Below, piece by piece: positions 50,791 through 63,630 of a stretch of 64,000 nucleotides of DNA. The position numbers were made by a program, and so were the translations under genes. This stretch comes from Rhynchobatus australiae (lineage: Eukaryota): contig JAUZTB010000017.1 of the NCBI GenBank assembly GCA_034780895.1, positions 27,517,233-27,581,232 on the forward strand. The letters run 5' to 3'. The notes beneath the pieces are model-generated. The model was not told where the DNA came from and made no database searches. It saw only the letters and a list, made by a program, of their open reading frames with translations. Numbering within the stretch: position 1 is the stretch's first letter; every line of letters begins with the position of its first letter.

Positions 50791-53059
50791 ACTGATATTA
50801 CTTCAACCACTTGAAACCATTTTATAATAATCTTCTCAATGTACCAATATTAATGTGACATCACAAATTTGGAAAAAATATAGCTTCTAATGTGTTAAAA
50901 ATTCAATGAATTTGATTTATTTTGGTTCAGCAAAATGGAACACTCACAAATGGCACTGCACCATGTGTGAAAGTCTCTATTGCACATATAAACCTCAATC
51001 TATTGGACTTCAACCTTAAAGAACATGCTTGGTAATAAATAATTCTTAAATCAGAAAAAGAATCAGTTACTCCAGGTCCCGATTACATATGAAGAAACCA
51101 TTCAACTGTAAAATAATTTCAATATTGACTTTTTAAAAATGAAAGTAAAACATTTCACCCTGAGTTAGGCTCTTGGATTTACAAACCAAGCATTAACATA
51201 AATCAGTTCATACAAAAAACATAACAAATTTTAAATACTTCACCATGAATTCTTTATGAATTTGTATTTTTAATATTATTAACAAATTAACTCTTTGAAT
51301 TTGTTTGAAGGAACAATCTTTGATTGAGTTAACTTAAATACATTTGAGTTTTCCAAGTTCAGGCCACTCCCAATCAGTCACATGAGAGTATAGTAATAAG
51401 GAGGTTATTGATAGAATCAGAACCAGGACACAGAAATCCATTTAAGTAGTTAATTGTGCCCAGTTCTTCAGAATAAAACACAATAAAATAAAATAAAATT
51501 AGAACAAAATAAAAGTTGTTTTTTAAACAGTGCTTTTCACATGTTTGGCAATATTTGAAAGTGTTTTGTGAGTTCATTATTTAATATGCACCTCTAGTCA
51601 AGAGACAAATACCACAAGCTTTGCTTTTTATTGTCATTCCAATAATAAGCTGTATAATTAGTTTATCTTTTATTCAGCTTGTTCCCATCCATCACCGAAC
51701 ACAAACATTGTATTTTTTTCTCTTTTGAAAGGTTTGTCCCAAGTTCCTTTTCTGACCTATCCTCACAGACCTGCAGAGTTTCTAGGATGTCTGCTAACTT
51801 GCCAAGGCAAGCATCAAGCTAGTATCAGCTTAGTCTTAAACACCAAACGGTGAAGGGACAACCGTATATCATTCCTCACTTCCATTGCTGCTGTCTAGAC
51901 TTGGCAAACACCCTGATATGGGAAAGGAGCCATTCATTTAATCACTATGGCTGCAACTACAATGTATTCCCTGCTGGGCATGTTAGCAGTTTTAAACATA
52001 ATCAATGCCTAATGGCTTCATAAATAATACAACTGAGACTCTTAACAAATTATCATTTAATTTTATGAACTGCATAAGACTAATTCTTCATTACCTAATG
52101 TTTAGTGTCAATCCTGGCTCTTTCTCCTCCTTAGATAGCCTACAATTGTACAAGTAGTACAAATTGTACAACCATTGAACAAGTTAGGCAAGCTGTGTGG
52201 AATATTGGACCAAAACTAAGAAATAATACTATTATTCTATGTTTTTTTTTAAGACAAATGATTAATCTGGAATCTTGATGTTGTTTTGGTACAATTAGTT
52301 ATCCCAATAGGTATTTTATCATTGAAAACAATAGACAACTTGTAGAAGATACTATCACATCTGACAATTTCACCTTCTGGTAACAGATTACATATCAGGG
52401 ATATATCACAGTTGCTTTTAACGATGAAGACTTTGCTTGTCTTCAAAAACAACTGCAACTAATAAGTTAAAAACACAGAAATAAACTGTACTTCGATAAC
52501 AATTGTACAACATTACAAACACTCCTCTCAATGAAAAAAGATACTTCGCCAAGAACAAATTTGGAGGAAGTTCCTTTTTGAATATGAATTTATCATAATA
52601 AGAGGTTTGAAATATTTAGTGAGAACACAGCANNNNNNNNNNNNNNNNNNNNNNNNNNNNNNNNNNNNNNNNNNNNNNNNNNNNNNNNNNNNNNNNNNNN
52701 NNNNNNNNNNNNNNNNNNNNNNNNNNNNNNNNCAACATCATTTCCATGTCACGCCTCTCTGGCTCCAGAATGAACACTAACATGGGAAAGCCAAATTCAG
52801 CACAAATGTGTGCAGTGTTCAGTCTTGTCACAACTGACCTGATGGATGACTTCTTGAGCGTAAGCAAAATGAATTTACAGCTTGTATCACATTCTTTAAA
52901 TCAAAACACAAGGCACAGGAATGTAACTTTCACCAATTTAACCAAATGATGTACAAAAATCCATTAATTATATTTTGGAAAAAACTGTAATCAAGGATCC
53001 ATTGACCAGATCACAAAACATATCCATTTTTACAATTCTTTATATATTGTAGAATATAT

Positions 53060-54290
53060 TAAGGGGCGATGCAGGTCAGGGCTTAAGATTAAAACAGTGT
53101 GTTTTGAAAAGATTTCAAAACATTGGTGGGATGAGAGGTAGCAAGTTAAAGATTTAGAGAGGCAATTTCAGAGGGCAGGGTTAAAGACTTCATCAATGGT
53201 GGATTGCAAAGGCAGCAGAAGATGCATATGAAATGCAGAGCTGAAAAAGTCTGCAGTGGTCGGATAGAATAAGGCTACCAAAATATATTTAAAGTCAAGA
53301 ATGAGCCTTTTGAAGGTACTTCAGAAGGGGAAGGGAAATTGATGAAGATCAGCAAAGGTAGGTAACTTTTGAAGAAATTTTTGCATCACATGGGATAACG
53401 GTCATGGGGGCTGTTGGTGGAATTAGCTTTTGAGTAGTATGGAATAGTGAGAAGAATGATAAAGAACCTCGAGTGATGAAGGCTTGGATAAAGATTTGGC
53501 ACCAGCAGTTTTAAGTTAGAGGTAAATATTGTTATTGATTCAGAAGTGCCAGAAGGTAGGTTGCTGGTGGATGTGCCACAGCTCCAGGTCAATGCAGCAC
53601 AATTGAATGACAAGTAGCAATTTTATACATACTGTCTCGTGGTTGGAATTCTCAGTCACATGTGCTAAAGGCACATTGTGGAGGACATGCACATTAAAAT
53701 CTTGCTCCTAATTTTGATTCCATTGATTTCAACAGAGCCAAATTTCTGATGCAGAGTACGTTGCCCAGCTGATACTGCCTTATGCATTTTGAACCTGTAA
53801 CCAAGGGCATTTTTTTTTGAAGATCCTGGAAATATTTATGAATGCTCAGAAGCTGGATATTGCAAGGGGGTACCAATCAATAAAATTGGCACAAACTTTG
53901 TAAGAAGATATTTCCATGGTTGACCTGCTGAAAGAAGTGGCAATCCTGAAATTGAACTGAGTTCCAGAAATAAGATGGAGTTGTCTTGAGGATAAATGAA
54001 GCTTGTGGTGAAGCCACCATTGTAAACTTTAGAATCTCAGGTTAGAGTGTAGGCCTTTATGTACAGAGAATACAATACAAAACAATGGGTTATAGGTTTG
54101 AATCCAACTCACAAGGTGGGAAGGGGTCAGTGGGGAGGTGGGCTTTACTGTAGGGAGGCCCAGGATGGGGTGAAGGGTCAGAATGTCAGTCATAAGAAAT
54201 TGAGATCTTAAGGGCATCAGGCGTGATTACAATTATCAATTGGGGTTGAGAGATAGATCCCAATTGTAGGCAGGAGAAATGAATGGGTCA
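53060..54290 (-). mobile_element. Highly decayed L2-type LINE remnant
   Basis: Purine-rich gagaggtagcaag...gatttagagaggcaatttcagaggg pattern typical of the L2 3' region; no clean ORF. Confidence 0.35.
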
Positions 54291-54309
54291 GTGTTCAGTT
54301 TCTGTCTGT

Positions 54310-55140
54310 TAACCACATTTCAGTCTGTGCCACTACATTACCCCAATACCATACACTGTAATTTTGTTTAATTTCTTCTGTGGCATTTTTTCAAAGGCTT
54401 TGTGAAAGTCCTAATACACCATATCAACTTATCTATTGTGCTAGTTACAACCACAAACTCCACACATTTCTCACACATGAATTCCCTTTCATAAATCCAT
54501 GCTGACTCTGCCCAGTCCTATCTTATTGGCCAAGTATACTATTACTACTACTATTATAATAGATGTCAGCCCTTTCCCTGCCACAGGTGTCAGGCTAACT
54601 GCTCTATAGTTCCCTGTATTTTCTCTTCCTCCATTCTCACATTTGCTGTTTCTAGCTGTAGAGCATAAAACAGTACAGCACAGCAACAGGCCCTTCAACC
54701 CACAATGTTGTGCCCAACTAACTAAGCTAATGACATCTAATCCCTTCCTGCCTGCATATGGTCCATATGCCTCTATTCTCTNNNNNNNNNNGGCTCGGGT
54801 GTCATAATATAGGCAATATATGTGGCATCTGTCCTAAAATGTGTGAACTTCTGGAAATAACAACTAGTATCTCCACATCCATCTCCTTCAAAACGTTAGG
54901 ATGCAGGTTTTCTGGTCCTGGAGAATTATCGCCATTCAGTCCCAATAATTTCTCCGAATTTATTTTTTAACTGATGCTACTTTCTTTTGATTTCCTCATT
55001 CACCCTGCAGCTGTAATTCTCCTCCATTTCCAGCAGGTTTCCTGCGTTTGCTTCCATGAAGACAGACACAACATACTTTTTAAAAAAAATTCTTCTGCCA
55101 TTGCCTTATTCCCCAATGTAATTTCTCCTGGTAGTTGACA
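54310..55140 (-). mobile_element. CR1 RT-region fragment with nested younger CR1 tail (~54659-54781)
   Basis: Minus translation GNYRAVSLTPVAGK (RT N-terminal motif) and an SPGP motif near 54915; nested tail agcataaaacagtacagcacagcaacaggccc. Confidence 0.75.
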
Positions 55141-57859
55141 CAAGAGAAGTAATCTCTTGGCCACTTTCTGACATAACCCATAATGCAATTTTTATCTGCT
55201 GACCAGGCCCAGAGTCACACAACAGAACTTTGTCAGGATGAATCATGTCTGTGATTCATGCCAAAAGGGTGCACGTGGATACGCCCAACTTGGCCTGGGA
55301 ATTCACTGAGAGCTTTGTTTGAAATTTTGTTTCCTGACCTGATCACTTTTAGTCTGAAAATAAGTGTTGGTCACACTAAACGTAGCCTTGACAGCTCCAG
55401 CTATTAGCAATAAAAGAGGTGCATCTTTTAATTGAGGAGTATCAGTATACAACCAATCAATGAGTAGAAGGCAGTTGTGAATGAAGACTTCTTGAGGAAG
55501 GGCAAACATGTAAGTAATTGTTACATTATCAAGCAATTCATTAATTACAGTATTGACTCTGGAAGGTTGTAAAGTGACATTGTTTAAAAGTGATTTTTTT
55601 TCCATTGTACACACCCTTTAGTGAAGTTTGCATTCTGATAAGTGTGCAGGAATACTAATCTAGAGAAATTAATCAGCATGCTGGAGTGACCTGCACATGT
55701 TTTTCTTTGTATTAGGTTGCCATGTAATCTGCAGGGATATACAAGATGTGCACATATAGCAGGCCATCCCAGCATAGTTTACATTGTGGTTAATCAAGCC
55801 TTGTTCGGGACTTCTCATCTGCAATTCTAGCCCTTTATTTTGTTGCCTTTTTGGCAAATTTGAAGAGATTAATTACTGGTCAGTGAGATCATTGAATATT
55901 GTTAATTATAAGTCAGTATTTATTTGAGCATTTTGTTTGTTAAGTAGAAATTAGTGTCACAATAACAGCTTTGGAACATTAAAGTTAGCCTTTCCAGGTT
56001 TTTCTAAAAGGAATGTTTTCAGCTTATGTCGACAGAAGGTATCAAGAATATACTGTAGTAAACCTACCTTGTAATTTTGATCTGATATGCAGTGGAGTGA
56101 TTCGAGTAATATTTGCTCTTACTTGTCCTTTGCTACTGCAGCCTGATTGACCCCATTTTCTTCTAAAACCTTTGACCCCATTGTTAGCTTGGTCACCATG
56201 GTGTTATTGTAACATTTGCAAGTAGCAGCTGTTTAACACATTGTATTTTAACTGTAATGTTTGCAGTTCTGTGTTTACCATACTGATTAATTTTTCAAAT
56301 GAGCTGCACAACATCTCTTAGTTTATTCTGGACATGTTTGAATCCTAATGCAGAACTATCAATATAACCACAAAAAAGAAAGCCATTAAAAAATAAGCCT
56401 TATTAACATGAAAAACAATGAATTAGCATTTTAAAAATTCCAGCTTTCAATTCAAAGGCCCTTTGTATCAGCTACTAAGCATTATTTATTCAGGTGCAAT
56501 GTTCATTTTGAGGTGAGATTCATCTGTTTTGGTAGTTTCACAACAAAATTAAGGAACTGGCTAATTGTTTCAAATAATCTCATTGGTCTTTAAGATGCAT
56601 TAATTATCTTTTTGGAATGTGTAGTACCTTAAAGTCAACGTACCCGTTCACAAGGAGGTGTTATCTTTGAATATATTCACACATTGATTTTAGCACTGCA
56701 GCTAAGCGGTTTCTCATTCACTGTAACACTAATGTTGTTGTGCAAGCAGTGTTTTTATCTAGTGAAACAACCACAGATCACAGTGGAAGATTTGAAATGA
56801 AACCAGTAGCTGGATTTGCACTGTCAAACTGCAGATCCCATAGAAATACATTCTTGATTCCTTGCACAAAATAGATGTATAGAATAATGGACAGCTGTAT
56901 CTTACTTCCAAAGTTCAGCTCCATAGAAGTCAATAGAACTAAATGTTGTCAGCAGAATGTAATATTCCACTGCAACTGTAGGAGCACATGTAGGCCAAAT
57001 GGCCTACACACACTCCTATTTCTTGTGTTCTTATGTTCCTTTCAATCTATCGTGATTATCTGTGCCGATTATTCTATTAGCTTGGCGATTGCAGTGATAT
57101 TTTTATTGATCTTTGACCCACTTACCCACACTCTTTGACTGTACACAGTAATTCAGAGTTTGGTTGCAGGAGAATAAGGGCAATCTCACTGTATCCTTAG
57201 TTCTTAACTCCTCCCAGCCTCAGTTTAGCCCTGGTGTCTAATAGATCCAGCAAGAGGGAAGAAGAGGGAACAATTAGCACATCTGTAGCAGATGATAGGC
57301 ATTTTTTTTGGGACAAGGGGGGTGGGGCAAGGTGAAAGAAAGAACCCTTGGATCAAAGCAAGAGCTGAGAGTAGTGTCACCAATATGCCAGGGAGTGGGC
57401 ACCAGTTTTCAGCAATGGGCACAAGAAACACAGGCCTAGGAATTACTTCTCATAATACTGTGCTGTGCAGTTGAAAATGGGCTTAGCCTAGAGTAGAACA
57501 AAAAGTGCACCCATTTCCAAGCATTTTAGTCCTTGGCAAGAAACTCAACTGCTGACTTTCCAGCTGGAATTTTGTTAGCACTAGAATCATGTTTCCAGCA
57601 TAAAGAAAGCTTTTACTCCCCATCTTTTATTCTGCTGAAGCAACACCATCTGAAGGGCCAGCAGTCAAACTGTGTTCTTTGCCAAGCTGTTTCACATCAC
57701 TCTACAGCCTTACTAATAACCTAAGACGCTGCTTACACTTAAGACTGAGCCTTCCTTGCAATTTCAATGACATCTCTCCCCTCCACACTAGTTTCCAACA
57801 TGGATTTGATGACACCTGACTTCTTTTTTTACTGGATGACTGGGCAGTATAGTGTCAAA

Positions 57860-58170
57860 ACTGGGAGAGTTGCTGCCTCACAGCTCCTGAGACCTGGATT
57901 GAATCCTGCTCCCATGTGCTTCCTGTGTGGAGTCTGCACATTCTCTGTGCAGGTTCCCTCCAGGTGCTCCAGTTTCCTCCCACATCTCGAAGATACTCAG
58001 GTTTGTCAATTAATTAGCCACTGTAAATTGCCTCTAGTGTGTAGGTGAGTGGTAGGATCTAGGGGAAGTTCACGGGAATGTGGAGGGAATAAAAATGGGA
58101 TTAGTGTAGGTGGGCACTTGATGGTTGACACCAGTTCAGTGAGCCGAAGGGCTTGTTTTAGTGCACTCTA
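57860..58170 (+). mobile_element. V-SINE
   Basis: gagttgctgcctcacagctcc...tgtgtggagtctgcacattctc...ggtgctccagtttcctcccacat...ccactgtaaattgcc. Confidence 0.8.
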
Positions 58171-59503
58171 TAACATCACAGGTAGTCACAGGGATAATAT
58201 GGGAAGAGACATAGAAGCTCATCACCCAAGACCTTATCCATCCAGAGTTTACAGGGATCCATACACACCTGCCCCTGTTCCTGGTTGCACACCAGCCCTT
58301 GGCTCGATTGGGGTCATCACTATCTTGCAGGCTTTACAGTGCATAACACTGCTTTCAAGTAAGAAACATTGCAGTTTTAGGAGGTTTCCACTGCTCCACC
58401 AGTTGTGCCGGTGAATGGGGTGGAGGTTCATATCTGATCTTTTTGGACACTAGGAGAGAAGAACCTTAAGATAGGGCCTCACCACCCTCCCACCACCCCC
58501 CCCAAACCACAGAAATATCTGATGAACACTGATACAGATCGTGTCTAGTAAAGCAGAAAATTTTATTAGCAAAGTTCACATGTCGGCATTTAAAACATTC
58601 ACACTATATTCCTGACACTACTCGTTTTCCTCAAGGAAATGTAATCATCTAACACGACAAGTATTTTCATTAAAACTGCACATACAGAAATGAGGTTACA
58701 TGGTATTTAGCCTTTGTTTGTGAACTTTGCCAACCGAAGTTTGGTGAAAAATGATTAACAGTCACGTCCAGGAGCAGTGAAGCAGGAATTCCATCCACCT
58801 TGGTGACCTGGCCCAACATTGGGCATTTTCCAAGGCTGTGCAAATTAAGAAGTGTTTAGGAATTAAGCACTTGTCAAGCACTGTACGGCCAGAACACTCT
58901 CTGACTCAATCTGATATTAATATTTCTCTGGTCCTTACTTCATTCAATCTAACCAACTGCCCTGTGGCCAGCAGTTGCATCTCTTTAAATATTATAAGCT
59001 TTCTTCTGAAGAATGCATCCTACAAGCCATCACTTCTAAAGGAAGATCTTAGAAATGGTGAAGGTGAATGAGAGTTAATAAAGAAGAAGTTATTGTGGAA
59101 TCCCTGTCCTCTTCTGCAGGAGCAGGACAAGATCCTCCTTGTCCCCTTTTCTCATCTATTGTGATTGAAATGCTGCTTAAAAACATGTTCAAAGAGTTCC
59201 TTAGGGGGTGATTGATGGGGGGGGGGGGGGAAATACACAGGTAATTAACAACAATGGAAAAAGTAAAGCTGCTCTTCGTGTAACAAAAATAGAATGATAA
59301 ATAACAAAACATGCTTACCACTTTGCCAAGTGCTCAAAAAGTCAATTAAAAGACATCAGCACCTTTCANNNNNNNNNNNNNNNNNNNNNNNNNNNNNNNN
59401 NNAATACCATAGAAAAGATTTAAGCACACAGTATTGCATTTTCTCCTTTATGATTCTCTCTCCAGTAAAAAAAGAGTAAATTATCCTGCTTTCCCTTTTC
59501 CAG

Positions 59504-59615
59504 CTATCCATACAGTGAAGACTCAAATCAGGGAAAGCAGTACATGAATACAAGGTGTCCCTCGTGGTGTGATCGGATTCTTTTGTCGCATTTGGCACGG
59601 GATCTTATTCATAAG
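59504..59615 (+). CDS. INPP5A: INPP5A-like coding exon with catalytic motif ([S]YPYSEDSNQGKQYMNTRCPSWCDRILLSHLARDLIHK)
   Basis: Acceptor ttcccttttccag|CTA, donor AAG|gtaagt; 112 nt; completes the split Ser codon (AG|C); contains 5-phosphatase signature P(S/A)W(C/T)DRIL. Confidence 0.96.
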
Positions 59616-60105
59616 GTAAGTAGGTGACCCAAACTTTTAATCCATTAATACTGAGTAAATGTAAGAATGAATATTTAGTTAGGATTAACTGCAAATTTCA
59701 TGTGTCATGCTAGCCTGTGCATAAAATTATGGATTAAACTTGTCTAGAACTTTATCCTCCTTACCAGCCATATTTTTCATACCACACAGGGAAAGGTTCT
59801 CAAAGAGGATCTGATAATTGCTTAATCCTATCATACTTCANNNNNNNNNNACTTCATAAATTTCAATACAAAATTAATCTATTAAAGAGTAAAGTGATTG
59901 AAAGAGATCAGGGATGGCTATTTCAAACTATGTACAACTTGTTTACTGTAGCCTCCTGAGGTGAAAGAGCAAGAGAGAAACTTTCTCTAGGTATCAGTTA
60001 CTCTTTAATTCAGCAGAAATGTGTTGCATGGTTATAGTTGGAAACCAGGTGACCCTGGATGCTGGTTGAATGTACAGTGAATGATGCAGTGCTCAATTTG
60101 TTCTT

Positions 60106-60290
60106 GAGCAACAAACAGTCCGCTGGAGGAATTCAGCAGGACAAGCAGCATCTGTTGGGGGGAAAGGAATTGTTAGTGTTTCGGGTCAAACCCTGCATCA
60201 GGACTGGACCAGATGCTTCTTGACCTGCTGAGTTCCTCCAGCAGATTGTTTGTTGCTCCAGACTCCAGCATTTGCGATCTCTTGTGTCCT
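60106..60290. mobile_element. Penelope-derived foldback (inverted-terminus) element
   Basis: 49-nt arms 60106-60154 and 60210-60258 are reverse complements at 44/49 positions; the loop holds a hammerhead-like motif on the minus strand. Confidence 0.75.
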
Positions 60291-63179
60291 CACTTTTTTT
60301 TTGTCTGACTGGATACTGAATCAGTGTACATCTTTTGGTTTCTTTTCACTTTTCCAGGTCCTCTTACTTTCATTTGCCTGCTATGTTGTGTTAAATATTT
60401 GATGCCTTGGTCATCCTACAAGGAGTGCAATTCAAAAACATCACACTAGCCCCTGGCAAACAACCCATCTGAGACTGATTGAACAGCCACAGCCAAGTAC
60501 AAAATGGCCATAGAGACTAAGATTCATCTTTTTTATTAGTGTTTATTAAAACTTTAATTTGCAGTTCATATTAGCTATCCATTCACAAGACATCTCCATG
60601 GTTCAGAGCACTGAAGCTCTATTATGCTCCATCATCGAGTGAAGGGAAACCAGGTGAATTGATGTCCCCTGGAATCCACAACAAATCCCATGACTTTCTG
60701 CACAGCACATAACCTGATTAACTATCTGAATGTTATCATTTTGCATTAAAAATGCTAGTTTTTGACTGAGCAATAACACATTAGCAACAGACCATTTTGT
60801 ATTCTGATGAAACATGGGTTGTCCCACAACTTCCCCANNNNNNNNNNNNNNNNNNNNNNNNNNNNNNNNNNNNNNNNNNNNNNNNNNNNNNNNNNNNNNN
60901 NNNNNNNNNNNNNNNNNNNNNNNNNNNNNNNNNNNNNNNNNNNNNNNNNNNNNNNNNNNNNNNNNNNNNNNNNNNNNNNNNNNNNNNNNNNNNNNNNNNN
61001 NNNNNNNNNNNNNNNNNNNNNNNNNNNNNNNNNNNNNNNNNNNNNNNNNNNNNNNNNNNNNNNNNNNNNNNNNNNNNNNNNNNNNNNNNNNNNNNNNNNN
61101 NNNNNNNNNNNNNNNNNNNNNNNNNNNNNNNNNNNNNNNNNNNNNNNNNNNNNNNNNNNNNNNNNNNNNNNNNNNNNNNNNNNNNNNNNNNNNNNNNNNN
61201 NNNNNNNNNNNNNNNNNNNNNNNNNNNNNNNNNNNNNNNNNNNNNNNNNNNNNNNNNNNNNNNNNNNNNNNNNNNNNNNNNNNNNNNNNNNNNNNNNNNN
61301 NNNNNNNNNNNNNNNNNNNNNNNNNNNNNNNNNNNNNNNNNNNNNNNNNNNNNNNNNNNNNNNNNNNNNNNNNNNNNNNNNNNNNNNNNNNNNNNNNNNN
61401 NNNNNNNNNNNNNNNNNNNNNNNNNNNNNNNNNNNNNNNNNNNNNNNNNNNNNNNNNNNNNNNNNNNNNNNNNNNNNNNNNNNNNNNNNNNNNNNNNNNN
61501 NNNNNNNNNNNNNNNNNNNNNNNNNNNNNNNNNNNNNNNNNNNNNNNNNNNNNNNNNNNNNNNNNNNNNNNNNNNNNNNNNNNNNNNNNNNNNNNNNNNN
61601 NNNNNNNNNNNNNNNNNNNNNNNNNNNNNNNNNNNNNNNNNNNNNNNNNNNNNNNNNNNNNNNNNNNNNNNNNNNNNNNNNNNNNNNNNNNNNNNNNNNN
61701 NNNNNNNNNNNNNNNNNNNNNNNNNNNNNNNNNNNNNNNNNNNNNNNNNNNTAATACTTAATAAAATTCCAATTAACTTCCTAAATGACAATTTATTTTG
61801 AATGATGATATTGAACTGCTTTTTCTGATGGTGGTATTATGTACTTGTTTATTGATGATTATTATAAAACACACTTCAATGAGAGACACATACCAAACTC
61901 TAAGATCCATTTTTTTTGTTCTAAATAACGATATTGGTAAAGTGCTAGCCTAGCATTCAGGGTTTATGTAAATTTGTCTTCAAAACTATGTTAATACTTG
62001 AAATATTGTTTTATTTAATTGACACTTCATACTCCCAGCAAGCAAAAGTACAACACTGAATTTTAACAGGAAAATATCTGGTAATTTAATGTCCAAGATT
62101 AACAATAATGACTTAATTATTGGCACAGTCAATTATCATTTTTAGTTTATGTACTTTTTAGCTAGTTGAACCTTGTTGCCTTTTGACTGCTTTCTGTGAT
62201 CATTGTCATCAGTTTGATATTGCTCCTGTAGTGATCTTTCTCTTCATTGATTTCACACACTGCATCTTCCTCAATTCAGAATAAAAAATAAATCATCTGA
62301 TCCGTAAAATTCCTTTTGCATTGTAATTAGATTTTATCACTTTGCACATTTATTTTATTGCCTCCATTGATTGCCCAGGTACATTATAGTACAGATAGAG
62401 AGCTCAGTGTAGGATACTGGGGAGAGGGACCTAGCTAATGTGTGAATCATCTCACATTAACAAACGGCATGTTGAACACAATGCACTAGGCGTTACAGAT
62501 TGTACAGACATGGAGCTGTAAACAGCCACTGTGCAACATCATCTATCATGCCATGGTCCGTTAACTCACCATCATGTTATTTTATGCTTTCTGAGCCCTA
62601 ACACACCAAAGGTTGGCCACTGCTACGGAGCTGCATAACTGCTTGATAGCATGTGATAATGAATGCTCAGTGAAGTGTAGTTTTGTTTCTGCTTGTATGC
62701 TGCTGTAATTTGTTTATCTGTCTTAAGATTATGCAGCTGAAAATCTACAATTTTATGCTGCTTTTGAAAATTATCATCTTGAATTTGATTAATGCACTTG
62801 AACTTCCTGCTGTGACTACATGATGATTCCAGAATATTGAAAGTGTCCATGCATACAAAGAAAAGGTTACATTTTGATTGCAGGCAACAGTGCTTTATAA
62901 TAACGTGTCTGACCTTAAATCAGCTCATTGCATTTAAAACTAATTAGAAGATTGTTGATTTCTTATGTTTTATATTGTAGCTTTATTTCATTTTCTGGGT
63001 GCCCATTTAACTGTGCATCATAAGTATGAAGTAACTCTACCACCAGAACATTTTTGACAAATCCTTTTATAAATGAGTTTTTTAAAAATAGGTTTCTCAT
63101 TTGAATCCATTGCTCGAATGGCAACTGCTTGTTTTGATATATATCCTGTTACAAATAGGAGGTTGAAAGGATTTCAGAC

Positions 63180-63630
63180 TCAGAACCACAGAATTGTTAT
63201 GACACAGAGGGAGATATTCAGCCCATCAAGTCCTGGATGGTTCCCTGTAAAGCAATCCAAATGGTCCCATTACCACTGCCACTTCCTCGGAGTCCTATAA
63301 GTGCCCATCCAATTCCTGTTTGAAGGCCCTGATTGACCCTGATCCCCACCACCCTCTCAGACAGAGAGTTCCAGATAATATGCAATCTCTCCTTAAAAAA
63401 GCTTTTGCCACACATCTTTGCTGAATATTTTGCTTATCTCTTTTAATCCATCACCCAAATCCTTGAATCATCCACTAATGTGAACCACTTCTCAACAATA
63501 TTTGCCTTTCTAACTCCATCATGGTCTAGTATACCCTGATCAAATCTCCTCTCAGCATTCTTTGCTCCAAATAGAACAGCCCAATTTCTCCTCTCAAACC
63601 TTGTAGTTTAAAGTCCTCATCCTAGGAATC
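63180..63630 (-). mobile_element. CR1 LINE 3' end, decayed
   Basis: Minus ORF KSFFKERLHIIWNSLSERVVG; tail acagaattgttatgacacagagggag..attcagcccatc. Confidence 0.7.

Larger units (their letters stand above)
27455..59615 (+). other. INPP5A: Partial multi-exon gene span: inositol polyphosphate 5-phosphatase A (type I InsP3 5-phosphatase) or paralogue; gene continues on both sides
   Basis: Four exons (96, 75, 74, 112 nt) with AG/GT boundaries and compatible phases (0, 0, 2) join into one open frame. It matches the C-terminal half of the INPP5A catalytic domain, including FPPSY and PSWCDRIL. Confidence 0.93.

Noticed and set aside
52733-52866. Open stretch ending in a donor-like gc|gtaagc
   Set aside because: No acceptor visible (adjacent gap) and no similarity to any protein I recognise.
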